From assembly GCA_035552395.1 (NCBI GenBank), contig DASZLL010000044.1:10371-74370 (forward strand): 64,000 nt of DNA. Reading direction: 5' to 3'. A program made the position numbers and the translations under genes. Numbering within the stretch: position 1 is the stretch's first letter; the number at the start of each line of letters is the position of its first letter. Origin of the DNA: Acidimicrobiales bacterium. GTDB lineage: Bacteria; Actinomycetota; Acidimicrobiia; Acidimicrobiales; RAAP-2. Below, piece after piece: positions 36,609-46,657 of the stretch. The notes under the pieces were generated by a model. The model was given only the letters and a program-made list of their open reading frames with translations. It was not told the DNA's origin and did not search any database.

Positions 36609-38168
36609 ATGACCTCTCTAATGACGATGGAGCATGCGGGCGAGGGCCGGACCACGGTCGATGCGGCCAACTACGGCCGGCGGTGGTGGATCCTTGCGGT
36701 TCTCGGGACCGCTCAGTTGATGGTCATTCTCGACAGCACCATCGTGAACATCGCCCTCCCCACCGCTCAGCATGATCTGCACTTTTCCAACGCAGACCGC
36801 CAGTGGATCGTCACGGCGTACTCGCTTGCCTTCGGCAGCTTGCTCCTTTTGGGCGGCCGCATCGGGGACATGGTGGGACGAAAGCGGGCACTCATCATCG
36901 GACTGGTCGGCTTCGCGGCAGCCTCAGCCCTCGGTGGGGCGTCGGTCAACTTCGCAATGCTCGTCATCGCCCGGACCGTCCAGGGCGCGTTCGGGGCGCT
37001 CCTCGCGCCCTCGGTGCTGGCGCTCTTGACCACCACCTTCACGGATCCGGCAGAGCGCGGGCAGGCCTTCGGGATTTACGGCGCCATCGCGGGCGCGGGT
37101 GGCGCGCTGGGGCTCCTCCTCGGCGGCATTCTCACCTCCTACGCCTCGTGGCGATGGACGCTCTTCGTCAACCTCGTATTCGCGGCGACCGCCATCATCG
37201 GTGCCGTGCTGTGGTTGAAGAGCGACCAGGGTGCCGACCACGACCCCTTGGATCTGCCCGGCCTTTTCCTCGTGGCCGGCGGGCTGTTCTCCTTGGTCTT
37301 CGGCTTCTCACACGCCGAGACCACGATGTGGAGCAATCCCTACACCATCGGGTTCCTCGTGGCCGGAGTGGTCCTACTGGCTGCCTTCGCCTCTTTCGAG
37401 ACCAAGGCGAAGTACCCGCTGCTCCCACCCCGGGTCGTGCTCAGTCGAACCCGCGGAGGATCCATGTTGGCCATGCTGTTCGCCAGCGTGGGGATCTTCG
37501 GTGTGTTCTTGTTCTTGACCTACTACCTGCAGGGCACGCTGGGGTTCAGTCCGGTGAAGACCGGCATCGCGTTCCTCCCTCTGGTGGCTGCATTAGCCAC
37601 GATGGCCCAGATTTCCAATCGGAGTCTGTTACCGCGCTTCGGACCCAAGCCGATCGTGCCGATCGGGTTGCTCGTGTGCGCGGCGGCGTTGTTCGGGCTC
37701 CATCTGGTCGGGCTGCATTCGTCGTACGTCACCCACGTGCTGCCCTACCTCCTCGTGTTGGGCATCGGCTTCGGGCTCAGTGTCGCCCCCGCCTTCAGCA
37801 CCGGCACCCTTGGGTTGGCACCTCAAGACGCCGGCGTGGGATCGGCGACCCTCAACACCGCCCAACAGGTGGGGGGATCCATCGGCACGGCACTCCTCAA
37901 TACCCTGGCTGCCAGTGCGGCCGCGTCCTACCTGGTTGGCCGGGTGGCGTCGCCGGCCAATGTTCAAGCAGCGCTGCTCCATAGCTACACAACGGCGTTT
38001 CTGTGGTCTGCCTTGATCTTCGTGGCCGGAGCGGTCGTCGCCGGGCTGGTACTGCAGCGCGGCGGACTGGCGTCGCTGGCAGCCGAGCAAAGGACGACGA
38101 CGGCAGAGCCACCACACGAAGAACCACCTCCACACCACACCTGCCGCATTCGGGTGGCGTGTAGGTAA
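36609..38168 (+). CDS. MFS transporter, DHA2 family (second copy)
   Basis: ATG 36609 is in frame within ORF 36348..38168. Motifs seen: WWILAVLGTAQLMVILDSTIVNIALP and GGRIGDMVGRKR. About 14 TMS. Confidence 0.85.
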   Translation: MTSLMTMEHAGEGRTTVDAANYGRRWWILAVLGTAQLMVILDSTIVNIALPTAQHDLHFSNADRQWIVTAYSLAFGSLLLLGGRIGDMVGRKRALIIGLVGFAAASALGGASVNFAMLVIARTVQGAFGALLAPSVLALLTTTFTDPAERGQAFGIYGAIAGAGGALGLLLGGILTSYASWRWTLFVNLVFAATAIIGAVLWLKSDQGADHDPLDLPGLFLVAGGLFSLVFGFSHAETTMWSNPYTIGFLVAGVVLLAAFASFETKAKYPLLPPRVVLSRTRGGSMLAMLFASVGIFGVFLFLTYYLQGTLGFSPVKTGIAFLPLVAALATMAQISNRSLLPRFGPKPIVPIGLLVCAAALFGLHLVGLHSSYVTHVLPYLLVLGIGFGLSVAPAFSTGTLGLAPQDAGVGSATLNTAQQVGGSIGTALLNTLAASAAASYLVGRVASPANVQAALLHSYTTAFLWSALIFVAGAVVAGLVLQRGGLASLAAEQRTTTAEPPHEEPPPHHTCRIRVACR

Positions 38169-38251
38169 ACCATCGGCTGCGCAGCCGGTTGGAAAAACAG
38201 AGATCGACGCCAGCAAGGACCGCGCTGAGATGAGTGGGTGCAAGACGGTGC

Positions 38252-38839
38252 TTACGTCACGGGCAGGCGATCCAAGGCGTCGATCGTGTCAGCAAATACC
38301 TCTTCAACCGTTTGTTCACCGTTGATCTCGAGGAGCAATCCGCGCTTCGCATAGAAGACCAGGAGGGGCTGTGTTTGGGCGTCAAACACCTCAAAACGGT
38401 GCGCGATTGCGGCCTCGGTGTCATCGGTGCGCCCTTCGCGGACGGCGCGAGCCTGCAGTCGATTGTGTAGCTCGTTTCTGCTGACTCGAAGGTACACGAC
38501 AGCCTGGAGTGTGATTCCTTCGACACCCTGGGCTATGGAATATGCCTCTTCCGCTTGGCGCACTGTCCTCGGGAATCCATCAAGTACATACCCACCATTG
38601 CGGGCGGCCTCGAGAACCCGAGCGGAGAGCATCTCGAACATCAATTCGTCAGGTACGAGATCGCCACGCTCCAGATAATCGGCAGCAACTCGCCCAATCT
38701 TGGTGCCGTGTGCGACCTCATCGCGCAACAGGGCCCCGCTCGACAGGTGTTCGATTCCATAGTGCGTAGCCAACTTCTCGGCCTGAGTGCCCTTTCCAGC
38801 ACCGGGATAGGCCACTAACAAGAGTCGCATTCCAGTCAA
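38252..38839 (-). CDS. adk: Adenylate kinase-like nucleoside monophosphate kinase (short-lid type, divergent paralog)
   Basis: 195 aa. The P-loop is VAYPGAGKGTQ, where canonical Adk has GPPGAGKGTQ. Also seen: LSSGALLR, GYVLDGFPRT and RxDD. It is not in a ribosomal-protein/secY context. Confidence 0.75.
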   Translation of the reverse strand: MTGMRLLLVAYPGAGKGTQAEKLATHYGIEHLSSGALLRDEVAHGTKIGRVAADYLERGDLVPDELMFEMLSARVLEAARNGGYVLDGFPRTVRQAEEAYSIAQGVEGITLQAVVYLRVSRNELHNRLQARAVREGRTDDTEAAIAHRFEVFDAQTQPLLVFYAKRGLLLEINGEQTVEEVFADTIDALDRLPVT

Positions 38840-38930
38840 ACTAATGGACCGGCCTCTTGCATCACCATGGAATGTCCCGCCGGCAGCTTCTCAAGGTCGA
38901 CTCACCAGCGATCGTCCAAGAGCAACTTGG

Positions 38931-39119
38931 TCAACCGGCGAAACCACGAGCGGCGTTTAGGCGTGCCGCGAGCTCTTCGAGCTGCTCCGGCAAGTCGTCC
39001 GGGATATCGCTGGCCGCCGCACCCTCATCACCAATCGCATCGATGGCACGCAAGAGCCCGCTCATCGCGTCGGTAAGTTTCGATGCTGCGGTCTTGACGT
39101 CGTCGTTCTCATCACTCAT
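38931..39119 (-). CDS. Hypothetical small acidic helical protein (62 aa)
   Basis: An internal ATG at 39119 in ORF 38931..39317 gives MSDENDDVKTAASKLTDAMSGLLRAIDAIGDEG.... No family recognised. It lies in a lower-GC islet. Confidence 0.35.
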   Translation of the reverse strand: MSDENDDVKTAASKLTDAMSGLLRAIDAIGDEGAAASDIPDDLPEQLEELAARLNAARGFAG

Positions 39120-39244
39120 GAGGCTGGCCTCTCTCATCATCGGATCGGACCGGGGGCCCGACGCGTTAATTGTGGACACGCACGTATGTGTTACCCCGTC
39201 ATCGTCGGCTGCGCCAGCGGCGCTGAGGCCTTCTGAAGTCGCGT

Positions 39245-39484
39245 CTACTCGGCCTTGCCCGATTCCACCCAGCTCCGAAATACGGCGACTTGGGCATCGG
39301 GCCACTGCGTATCGCAAGGCATGGACCCTGCGGCGACTCGACCGAGTATCGAATCTGCGTTCCGACTTACATCGTCAAACGACCACAGGTCGAAATGGGA
39401 CTGCATGGACTCACGATCGCGCTCGCGAAAGAGCGGCTTTATGTCCTTGCTGAAGCTGACTGGCTGGCCTGGTGTAGGGACCAC
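39245..39484 (-). CDS. Hypothetical small protein (79 aa) with DIKPLFRERD...MPCD...W motif
   Basis: GTG 39484 lies 7 nt downstream of GAGGAGGG. Only the last 79 codons of ORF 39245..41134 lie outside ftsH. The motif resembles a conserved small domain I cannot name. Confidence 0.5.
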   Translation of the reverse strand: MVPTPGQPVSFSKDIKPLFRERDRESMQSHFDLWSFDDVSRNADSILGRVAAGSMPCDTQWPDAQVAVFRSWVESGKAE

Positions 39485-39766
39485 GACTGCACCCTCCTCT
39501 GTCTGAGCTGGCAATTGCGACAGTAACGGGAGCCGTGGGTAGCGGGGCCGGGTGTCCGCATTCAAGCTTGTGCCCGGGACCACATCGTGCCTCCACAAGA
39601 CGACCCTAAACCTTGGAAATTGCGGGTACATGGCTTCGCTAGGCCCAAGAATGACCAGCCGGCGTAACGCAATTCCTGCGCGAATACGCTGCAGGTCGGG
39701 CCCGCGAGCAGCCGATGCGGGTAGTCGCCGCAGAAACTTGACCTGCCAGCCGAGGGAGTTCTGACC

Positions 39767-41692
39767 ATGACGCAGAGGACCCGTCATCTCACGGGAGCAG
39801 CCAAGCCCGGCGAGCCCAAGGACCGACCAGCGGCGCCAGCCCCCCCTCCCCCGCCACGCTGGCGAATGTGGCTCCTTCCCGCCGGCATTCTCATCACTCT
39901 GGTACTTCTCTACATCCCTCACATGTCGAGTACCCCGACCAAGAACTTCAGCTACTCGAAGTTCTTGTCCGAGGTCACCTCGGGCAAGGTGCATACGGCG
40001 TCCATCAACCCCGGCGGCGGGATCTCCGGCTCGCTCAAAGGCGGAGACGACTACACCACCCAGATCCCCACCGCCATCAACGACACCCAGCTGGCGCCCA
40101 CCCTCAAGGCCCACAACGTGGACATCACCGGTGTCGGACAAGGTTCGGCGGTCCTGGCCGACGTGCTGTCCTTTGTTCCGTTCTTGTTGCTCATCGCCTT
40201 TTTCATCTACATGGGGCGCCGAGGCGCCCGCCAGTTGTCGGGCGGGATCATGGGCATCGGGGGATCCAAGGCCAGGGTCTACGACGAAGACAAACCCACG
40301 ACCCGATTCGCCGATGTCGCCGGCTACCAAGGGGCGAAGCGTGAGGTGTCCGAAGTAGTCGACTTCCTGAGCCACCCAGAGCGCTATGCCCGGGCGGGAG
40401 CCATTGGACCTCGAGGGGTGCTGATGGTCGGACCGCCGGGAACGGGCAAGACCCTCATGGCCCGGGCTGTGGCCGGCGAGGCTGGCGTGCCCTTTCTGGC
40501 CCTCACCGGCTCGAGCTTCGTCGAACTCTTTGTGGGAGTTGGTGCCTCTCGGGTCCGCGATCTGTTCGCCGACGCACGCAAACGGGCCCCATCCATCATC
40601 TTCATCGACGAGATCGACGCCATCGGCCAACGCCGGGGCGGCTCGATCGTCTCGAACGACGAGCGTGAACAAACGCTCAACCAGCTGCTCGCGGAGATGG
40701 ACGGCTTCGACCCCACCACGGGTGTGGTGGTCATGGCCGCCACCAACCGCCCCGAGGTGCTCGACGCCGCCCTCCTCCGACCAGGCCGCTTCGATCGCGA
40801 GGTCGAGATTCCCCTGCCCAACCAGGCCGAGCGTGCCGCCATCCTGGCCGTGCACGTCCAGGGCAAGCATCTGGCCCCCGACGTCGACTTCGACGCCGTG
40901 GCCAGGGCCACCCCTGGATTCTCGGGGGCGGATTTGGCCAATCTCATCAACGAGGCCGCCATCGTCGCCGTGCGTAACGACCGCGACGTCATCTTCGCCC
41001 GGGACATCGACGAGGCTCGAGACCGCGTCATCCTCGGCCGCAGGGACGCGTCGAATGCCTTGCTCCCCGAGGAGAAACATTCGGTGGCCGTCCACGAGGC
41101 CGGGCACGCTCTCGTGGCGTTGTTGTCCGAACACGCCGACCCGGTAGCCAAGATCACCATCCTGCCTGCCGGACGGGCGCTCGGGGTCACCGAACAGCTA
41201 CCGGTCGATGAGCGCCATCTGTACGCCGAGAGCTACCTGCTCGATTCCCTGGCCATTCGCCTCGGTGGCCGGGCCTCGGAGAACCTCGTCATCGGAGAGG
41301 CCTCCACCGGCGCGGCCAGCGATCTGTCCGGAGCCACCGATCTGGCCATCAAAATGGTCACGGAGTGGGGATTGTCGCCTCTGCTGGGACCTATCGGGTA
41401 CGGATCCGATCAGCCCTCGTACCTGAATGGCCCTCAATTTGGTCAGGAACGTCCCTACGCAGAAGGCACCCAACTGGTCATCGACCAGGAGGTCGGGCGC
41501 TTGCTCTCTGAAGCCGAGGACAGGGCCGCGGGACTCCTGAGCGGCAACCGAGACGCGTTGGATGCCGTGATTGCAGCTCTCCTTGAGAAGGAGACCATCT
41601 CGGGCGAGGAACTCACTCAAATCGTCGAACGGGTTCGCAGCGCAGAAGGGGGCAAGTCTCCCGTCACTGCGCCCTCGACCAATTCGAAGTGA
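39767..41692 (+). CDS. ftsH: ATP-dependent zinc metalloprotease FtsH
   Basis: 641 aa. Two TM helices, Walker A GPPGTGKT, Walker [31 protein letters not shown] and the Zn motif HEAGHALV. Confidence 0.95.
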   Translation: MTQRTRHLTGAAKPGEPKDRPAAPAPPPPPRWRMWLLPAGILITLVLLYIPHMSSTPTKNFSYSKFLSEVTSGKVHTASINPGGGISGSLKGGDDYTTQIPTAINDTQLAPTLKAHNVDITGVGQGSAVLADVLSFVPFLLLIAFFIYMGRRGARQLSGGIMGIGGSKARVYDEDKPTTRFADVAGYQGAKREVSEVVDFLSHPERYARAGAIGPRGVLMVGPPGTGKTLMARAVAGEAGVPFLALTGSSFVELFVGVGASRVRDLFADARKRAPSIIFIDEIDAIGQRRGGSIVSNDEREQTLNQLLAEMDGFDPTTGVVVMAATNRPEVLDAALLRPGRFDREVEIPLPNQAERAAILAVHVQGKHLAPDVDFDAVARATPGFSGADLANLINEAAIVAVRNDRDVIFARDIDEARDRVILGRRDASNALLPEEKHSVAVHEAGHALVALLSEHADPVAKITILPAGRALGVTEQLPVDERHLYAESYLLDSLAIRLGGRASENLVIGEASTGAASDLSGATDLAIKMVTEWGLSPLLGPIGYGSDQPSYLNGPQFGQERPYAEGTQLVIDQEVGRLLSEAEDRAAGLLSGNRDALDAVIAALLEKETISGEELTQIVERVRSAEGGKSPVTAPSTNSK

Positions 41693-41750
41693 CGTCCGAT
41701 AGCCAAGAATCAGCCTGCACGGCAGGCCGCAACGGGACCGCGACGAGGAG

Positions 41751-42776
41751 TCATCCGAAGAAAACCTCGGCTTCCGCATAGAGCTCCGGTGGCACCAGTT
41801 TGATCGTCGCCAAGGCCTCAGAGAGCGGGACGAGGTGGATGGAGGTGCCATGCAGCGCCACCATCTGACCGAGGTGACCATCATGCAGAGCGTCTATGGC
41901 ATGTAGTCCAAACCTCGTCGCGAGCACGCGGTCGAACGCTGTGGGACTCCCACCGCGTTGCACGTGTCCAAGAACCGTGGTGCGGGCTTCTTTTTGCGTG
42001 CGATGGGCGATCTCCGACTCCAAGAGGTTCCCGATCCCCGACAGGCGCACATGGCCGAAAGCATCCACCTCGCCATCCCGCGAAGGCAACGTACCCTCGA
42101 GTGGCATTGCTCCTTCGGCCACGACGATGATCGGCGCGTAGTGACTTGCAAAGCGATGCTCGATGAAGGCACACACCTCCTCGATGTGGAACGGGCGTTC
42201 GGGGATAAGTATCGCGTTTGCACCCCCGGCAACTCCGGAGTGCCAGGCGATCCATCCGGTGTGTCGTCCCATGACCTCGACAATGAGTACACGGTGGTGA
42301 CTTTCAGCCGTTGTGTGCAATCGATCGATGGCTTCAGTTGCAACCGTCACGGCGGTATCAAAACCGAACGTGTAATCGGTGGCTCCCAGATCGTTGTCGA
42401 TGGTCTTTGGTACACCAACAACAGGAAGACCGGTCGCTGACAGCTTGGTCGCCACGCCGAGGGTGTCCTCACCTCCGATCACAACAAGGCCCTCGACACC
42501 AAGGCTGTCTACCGTGTCGAGAATCCGGCGTTCACCGTTGTCCTCTCTGTAAGGATTGGTTCGGCTGGACCCGAGAATCGTGCCTCCGCGCGGCAGGATT
42601 CCCCGGACGGCGGCGACGTCAAGCGGCATCGAGTCGCCTTCCAAAGGACCTCGCCAACCGTCGCGGAATCCGACGAACTCGTCACCGTAAACCTGGACAC
42701 CCTTGCGTACGACGGCCCGGATCACCGCGTTCAGACCCGGGCAGTCGCCGCCACCAGTCAGCACTCCTACACGCAC
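41751..42776 (-). CDS. pfkA: 6-phosphofructokinase (actinobacterial ATP/PPi-PFK group; phosphoryl donor not decidable by eye)
   Basis: 341 aa. Motifs seen: RVGVLTGGGDCPGLNAVIRAVV, VIGGEDTLG, PKTIDNDL and MGRHTGWIA. Confidence 0.9.
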   Translation of the reverse strand: MRVGVLTGGGDCPGLNAVIRAVVRKGVQVYGDEFVGFRDGWRGPLEGDSMPLDVAAVRGILPRGGTILGSSRTNPYREDNGERRILDTVDSLGVEGLVVIGGEDTLGVATKLSATGLPVVGVPKTIDNDLGATDYTFGFDTAVTVATEAIDRLHTTAESHHRVLIVEVMGRHTGWIAWHSGVAGGANAILIPERPFHIEEVCAFIEHRFASHYAPIIVVAEGAMPLEGTLPSRDGEVDAFGHVRLSGIGNLLESEIAHRTQKEARTTVLGHVQRGGSPTAFDRVLATRFGLHAIDALHDGHLGQMVALHGTSIHLVPLSEALATIKLVPPELYAEAEVFFG

Positions 42777-42860
42777 AGAACGGAGCGTACCCAGGACCGG
42801 GGACTGCCGTTTGGAGCAGAGGGCATTCGGGGAGCACGACTGCTCCTCAAGAACGGTTTG

Positions 42861-43516
42861 CTACAGCCCCGCTCTTGGAGTCGTCGGGCGGGGAGCTCGA
42901 CGTCCCTGAACCAAGGGATTGACCTGCTCGGGCGGATCAGAAACAGGGTGGACGTCGGGGTCCGGGAAGAACCGTGCGTAGTTGCCCGCCTCCCAGGCCG
43001 ACCTGAGGCCCGGCGCGCCGAGATCCCAGTCGGGACGAATCTCGCGTGTCACCTCGCGAAGATCGCGCCGCAAGTCTTCACCCGACGGGCGGCCCCAAAA
43101 CCAATAGCCGTTGTACACGGTGTGGATGACGAGCCCGGCTTCAGCGCGAGCGTGTAAGGGATCATCGGATCGTGGTACGGGATCGGTGTACTCCTGAATG
43201 TCCAGGTCCTTCTGCACCCGTCTGCCCGCGTCGGAGAGGAACGTCCAACCGGCACCAACTGAGTCGCGGAACTCACGAGTCGCAAGGATGTTGTCGGTCG
43301 AGATCGTGACGATCTGCGTATACGCCACCACGAACTTCGAGTACAGAGATACAAGCTCCAAGTGTTGTTGGTGATCTTCGGACAGTAGTGACCTCGGCTA
43401 AGCACCAGAACCATTGGGTCGTTGCCCTGCAACTCGCTGAGTCTGCGGCGAGTCTTGGTATGGTCGGTCAAGTCGTAGTCAGGGAACTTCGCGCCAGGCT
43501 TGATATCAGCACGCAC
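42861..43516 (-). pseudogene. Frameshifted peroxiredoxin-like (AhpC/TSA/redoxin-fold) gene, paralog of 59863..60456
   Basis: Homology to the intact paralog alternates between two frames (ORFs 43049..43516 and 42861..43361). MRADIKPGAKFPDYDLTDH...RGHYCPK is in frame A. (D)HQQHLELVSLYSKFVVAYTQIVTISTD...DIQEYTDP is in frame B. YHDPMIPYTLALKPG returns to frame A. LVIHTVYNGYWFWGRP...IRPDWDL returns to frame B. That makes at least 3 frameshifts, at about 43375, about 43190 and about 43135. Confidence 0.75.
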
Positions 43517-43654
43517 AGGTCTTCCTCTTCAGGGTCTCGAGTCAAATGGGCCCTCTGAAGTGAGCATGGCGATCCGGGCGAGCCCTCGCGCCCGTTTGAC
43601 ACCCTGGTCCATTGCCCTGGCCTGGGTTCTAAGAAACCGTGCCCGTCTCTGCCC

Positions 43655-46390
43655 TCAGCTCGGCAACGCGGCGCGCAGGTCCCTCCGTGAATTGATCCCC
43701 AGTTTCGTGAATACCTTGCGCAGGTGCCATTCGACGGTCCGCGAGCTGATGAAGAGCTCCGCGCCGATCTCTGGGTTCGTCAGACCGTCTCGGGCGAGAC
43801 GCGCTATGTGCTCCTCTTGGGGGGTGAGTTCGTCACGGGTGTCGTCCCGACGTTTCCGCACCTTTTCCCCCGTAGCCATCAACTCGTGGCGCGCGCGCTC
43901 CGCGAATCCATTCGCCCCCATTGAGAAGAACGTGTCATAGGCGGCTCGGAGCGGCTGCCGCGCGTCGGCCCGGCGGTTCACCCGGCGCAACCATTCGCCA
44001 TAGCTCAGCTGCGCCCGGGCCAGATGCGCCACCATTCGGGTCCGCTCAAGCGCCTCGATGGCCTGGCGATGTAACTCCTCCGCTGATTCAGCGTCCACGA
44101 CGAGCGCGCGCGAACGCGCCGCGGTTCCCTTCGCCCACTCGGTGCCACTCGCCATGGCGTATTCAGAGAGGCGATTCGCGGCGTCACGGGCGGCCTGTGG
44201 CTGGCCACATCGCGATGCGGCCTCAACCAGCTCGGGCAGCGCCCAAGCAGCAATCACCATGTCGTCTGCCGCGACTGCGTTCTGTGCGGCGACCAGCGCC
44301 AGCTCGTAGTGCCCTAGACCGTTGTAAAGGATCGCCGTCGCATATTCGGCCGAGCTGATCGCGCAGCCCTCGCCCCGGACGCGGGCCGCGCGATTCATTA
44401 CCTCGACCAGGTTCAATGCTGTCAACGTTTGGCCTCGCCAGGCTGCAAGCCGCAGCGGGATGTAGGGAAGCGTCTCGGCTCTGATTCCCAGATCGAGGCT
44501 CTGTGCCTCGGTGAACAGTCCGGCCGCTAGGGATAACTCACCCGTTTGGATGTGGAATCCAGCCAGGTAGTCAAGGGCATAGGGAAGCAAGGTTAGAGTT
44601 CCCGTCGTGCGAGCGAGTTCCGCTTGCGTCGAGGCAAGCTCGAACCAAGCTTCGTCGTCCCACAACTCCATTGCCGTGAGGTCGTACGCGACACTTGGCC
44701 AGTCCAGCTCTCGCTCGGCGGAACGGTAGGCGCGTAGAGCTCCGGTCAACGCAGGCGCTGCGGCTACATACCCTTCGATCGCACGGGTCGCCATACCGAG
44801 CAACAGCAGCCGCCTGGCCGAAAGCGATTCGGGCCCTAGGGCCGCCGCTTGAGCCGCTCGCGCAACGTCGATGTAATCCGATCCGGCCGCGAGACTGGCG
44901 GCATAGACAGCAGCGACCATCGCTTCCAGGTAGGTCTCTTGTGCGAGATCGTCATCGAGGTGTTCCAGTCGTTGCGCCGCTCTGAGCAGAAGTAGTGGCG
45001 CGTCGCGGCCTCGTTTGAGATCAAAGGTGATCTCAGCATGCATGCGTTGTACCTGGGCCCGGCCGAAATCGTCCAGCGGCCCCGCGTCCGCTGTCGCCAG
45101 GAGCGACTCTGCAGCCGCGAGGTCCGCGGCTTCGAATTTCGCACGAGCGGCCGCAATCGCCCGTGAGGCGCGAAGGCCCGGGTCCGGGGTGAGTGCCACC
45201 GCCCGTTCTAGGAAGGCGGCCGAGGCCGCGAGACCACCCCGACGCTGCGCAACCTTCGCGCAGTCGAGCAGCTCGCCGGCCACCTCCTTGTCGGGATCTC
45301 TCGCCGCTTGCGCACGATGCCAGGCCCGCCGATCAGGATCCGCTGCAGGGTCCATTGCGGCCGCTAGCGCAGCGTGCACTGCGCGTCGATCGTCCGCCGA
45401 GGCCGCACCGTAGACAGCCGATCTCACCAACGGATGTCGAAACCGTACCCGCGCGCCTATCTCGAGCAACTGATCGGCACTGGCGGGTTGGGCCGCCGTT
45501 TGTTCGATCCCAAGCGACCGGGCCGCCCGCCAAAGAAGAGAGGCGTCTCCTATGGGGTCTGCCGCCGCGAGCAGCATGAGTTGTTGCGTCGCTACTGGCA
45601 ACTCGGCCACTCGCGCCAGATAGTGCTCCTCGATCTGTCCGGGGACATCCCCTCTATCTGGGACCGCGAATCCGCCGGCCAGAGCGGCTGTGCTCATACT
45701 CCTCGAAAGCTCGAGCAACGCCAATGGGTTGCCCCGTGTTTCGGCGGCAATCCGGTCACGTACGCGCTCATCGAGCCGGCCCGGAACGATTGTTGCGAGG
45801 AGAGCGCGCGCGTCTTCCTCCTCAAGCCCTTCGACTCGCAGCTCCGGTAACCCCGCGAGTTCGCGTTCGGCGCTTGGTTCGCGCACACCGAAGACGATCG
45901 CGACCGACTCTGCCAACAGCCGTCGGGCAACGAAACCGAGGACCTGGCACGAGGCTCGATCCAGCCACTGTGCATCGTCCACGAGGCAGACCAATGCCTG
46001 CTCCTCGGCAACGTCGGACAGCAGACTGAGCGTCGCCAGGGCGACCAGGAAAGCATCCGGTCGATCGCCAGACGAGATGCCGAGCGCCACCTCCAGTGCG
46101 TCCTTCTGTGGCTTCGGAAGCGAGTCAAGCTTTCCGAGCATCGGCGCACACAGCTGGTGCAGTCCTGCGAACGGCAGCTCCATCTCAGCCTCGACCCCGG
46201 CGACTTGGGCAACGCGGAACCCAGCGGCCTGTGAAGCGCAGTAGCGCAGCAGGGACGACTTTCCGACACCGGCTTCACCGCGGAGGACCAGGACCGCACT
46301 GTGCCCACTACGTACTTCTTCCAGTAGCCGATCGAGCACACCGCACTCATTGGTCCTGCCGCGAAACCCGGGGGGGCGCTGGCTGACCAT
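43655..46390 (-). CDS. Large ATP-binding LuxR-family (LAL/MalT-like) transcriptional regulator
   Basis: 911 aa. N-terminal Walker A GEAGVGKSSL, Walker B LVCLVDDAQWLD, a long TPR-like helical region, and a C-terminal LuxR HTH (LTPQEEHIARLARDGLTNPEIGAELFISSRTVEWHLRKVFTKLG). Confidence 0.9.
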   Translation of the reverse strand: MVSQRPPGFRGRTNECGVLDRLLEEVRSGHSAVLVLRGEAGVGKSSLLRYCASQAAGFRVAQVAGVEAEMELPFAGLHQLCAPMLGKLDSLPKPQKDALEVALGISSGDRPDAFLVALATLSLLSDVAEEQALVCLVDDAQWLDRASCQVLGFVARRLLAESVAIVFGVREPSAERELAGLPELRVEGLEEEDARALLATIVPGRLDERVRDRIAAETRGNPLALLELSRSMSTAALAGGFAVPDRGDVPGQIEEHYLARVAELPVATQQLMLLAAADPIGDASLLWRAARSLGIEQTAAQPASADQLLEIGARVRFRHPLVRSAVYGAASADDRRAVHAALAAAMDPAADPDRRAWHRAQAARDPDKEVAGELLDCAKVAQRRGGLAASAAFLERAVALTPDPGLRASRAIAAARAKFEAADLAAAESLLATADAGPLDDFGRAQVQRMHAEITFDLKRGRDAPLLLLRAAQRLEHLDDDLAQETYLEAMVAAVYAASLAAGSDYIDVARAAQAAALGPESLSARRLLLLGMATRAIEGYVAAAPALTGALRAYRSAERELDWPSVAYDLTAMELWDDEAWFELASTQAELARTTGTLTLLPYALDYLAGFHIQTGELSLAAGLFTEAQSLDLGIRAETLPYIPLRLAAWRGQTLTALNLVEVMNRAARVRGEGCAISSAEYATAILYNGLGHYELALVAAQNAVAADDMVIAAWALPELVEAASRCGQPQAARDAANRLSEYAMASGTEWAKGTAARSRALVVDAESAEELHRQAIEALERTRMVAHLARAQLSYGEWLRRVNRRADARQPLRAAYDTFFSMGANGFAERARHELMATGEKVRKRRDDTRDELTPQEEHIARLARDGLTNPEIGAELFISSRTVEWHLRKVFTKLGINSRRDLRAALPS

Positions 46391-46657
46391 TTGGCCGCAG
46401 CCTAAGCGACCAGGGTTGCCATCGTCTCACCCGGACACCGACGAAGCGCCCGGTGCAACCAGCCGATAAATCCGCGTTCTCGTTCTTCACGCCGGGGCCC
46501 AACGGATGTTCGACCAAGGGCGTCGACATCTACCCCGAGCTCCAACAGCTGCGATTCGCTGTATCGGTTATCCCCCAAGGGACGGACGGCACCTTCCCTC
46601 GTTGCGAGAAGCCCCGTCTGTTTCCTTTCTCCTCGCGGCCAATGAGGAGTTCGCTGA

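Noticed and set aside
38170-38190. Hairpin CCAUCGGCU-GCGC-AGCCGGUUGG between the convergent MFS and adk-like genes, as a bidirectional terminator
   Set aside because: The stem is plausible (about 7 bp). However, there is no downstream U-run on the plus strand, and on the minus strand the T-run precedes the stem. The evidence is too weak to annotate.
38857-39453. 198-aa plus-strand ORF spanning the lower-GC islet
   Set aside because: It has a Ser/Ala/Pro-rich low-information translation and is antisense to two better-supported small minus-strand genes. No RBS was seen.
39485-41134. Upstream 550 codons of the 629-aa minus-strand ORF 39245..41134
   Set aside because: It is antisense to ftsH, which has complete AAA and Zn-protease motifs. 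Only the last 79 codons lie outside ftsH, and those have their own SD and GTG.
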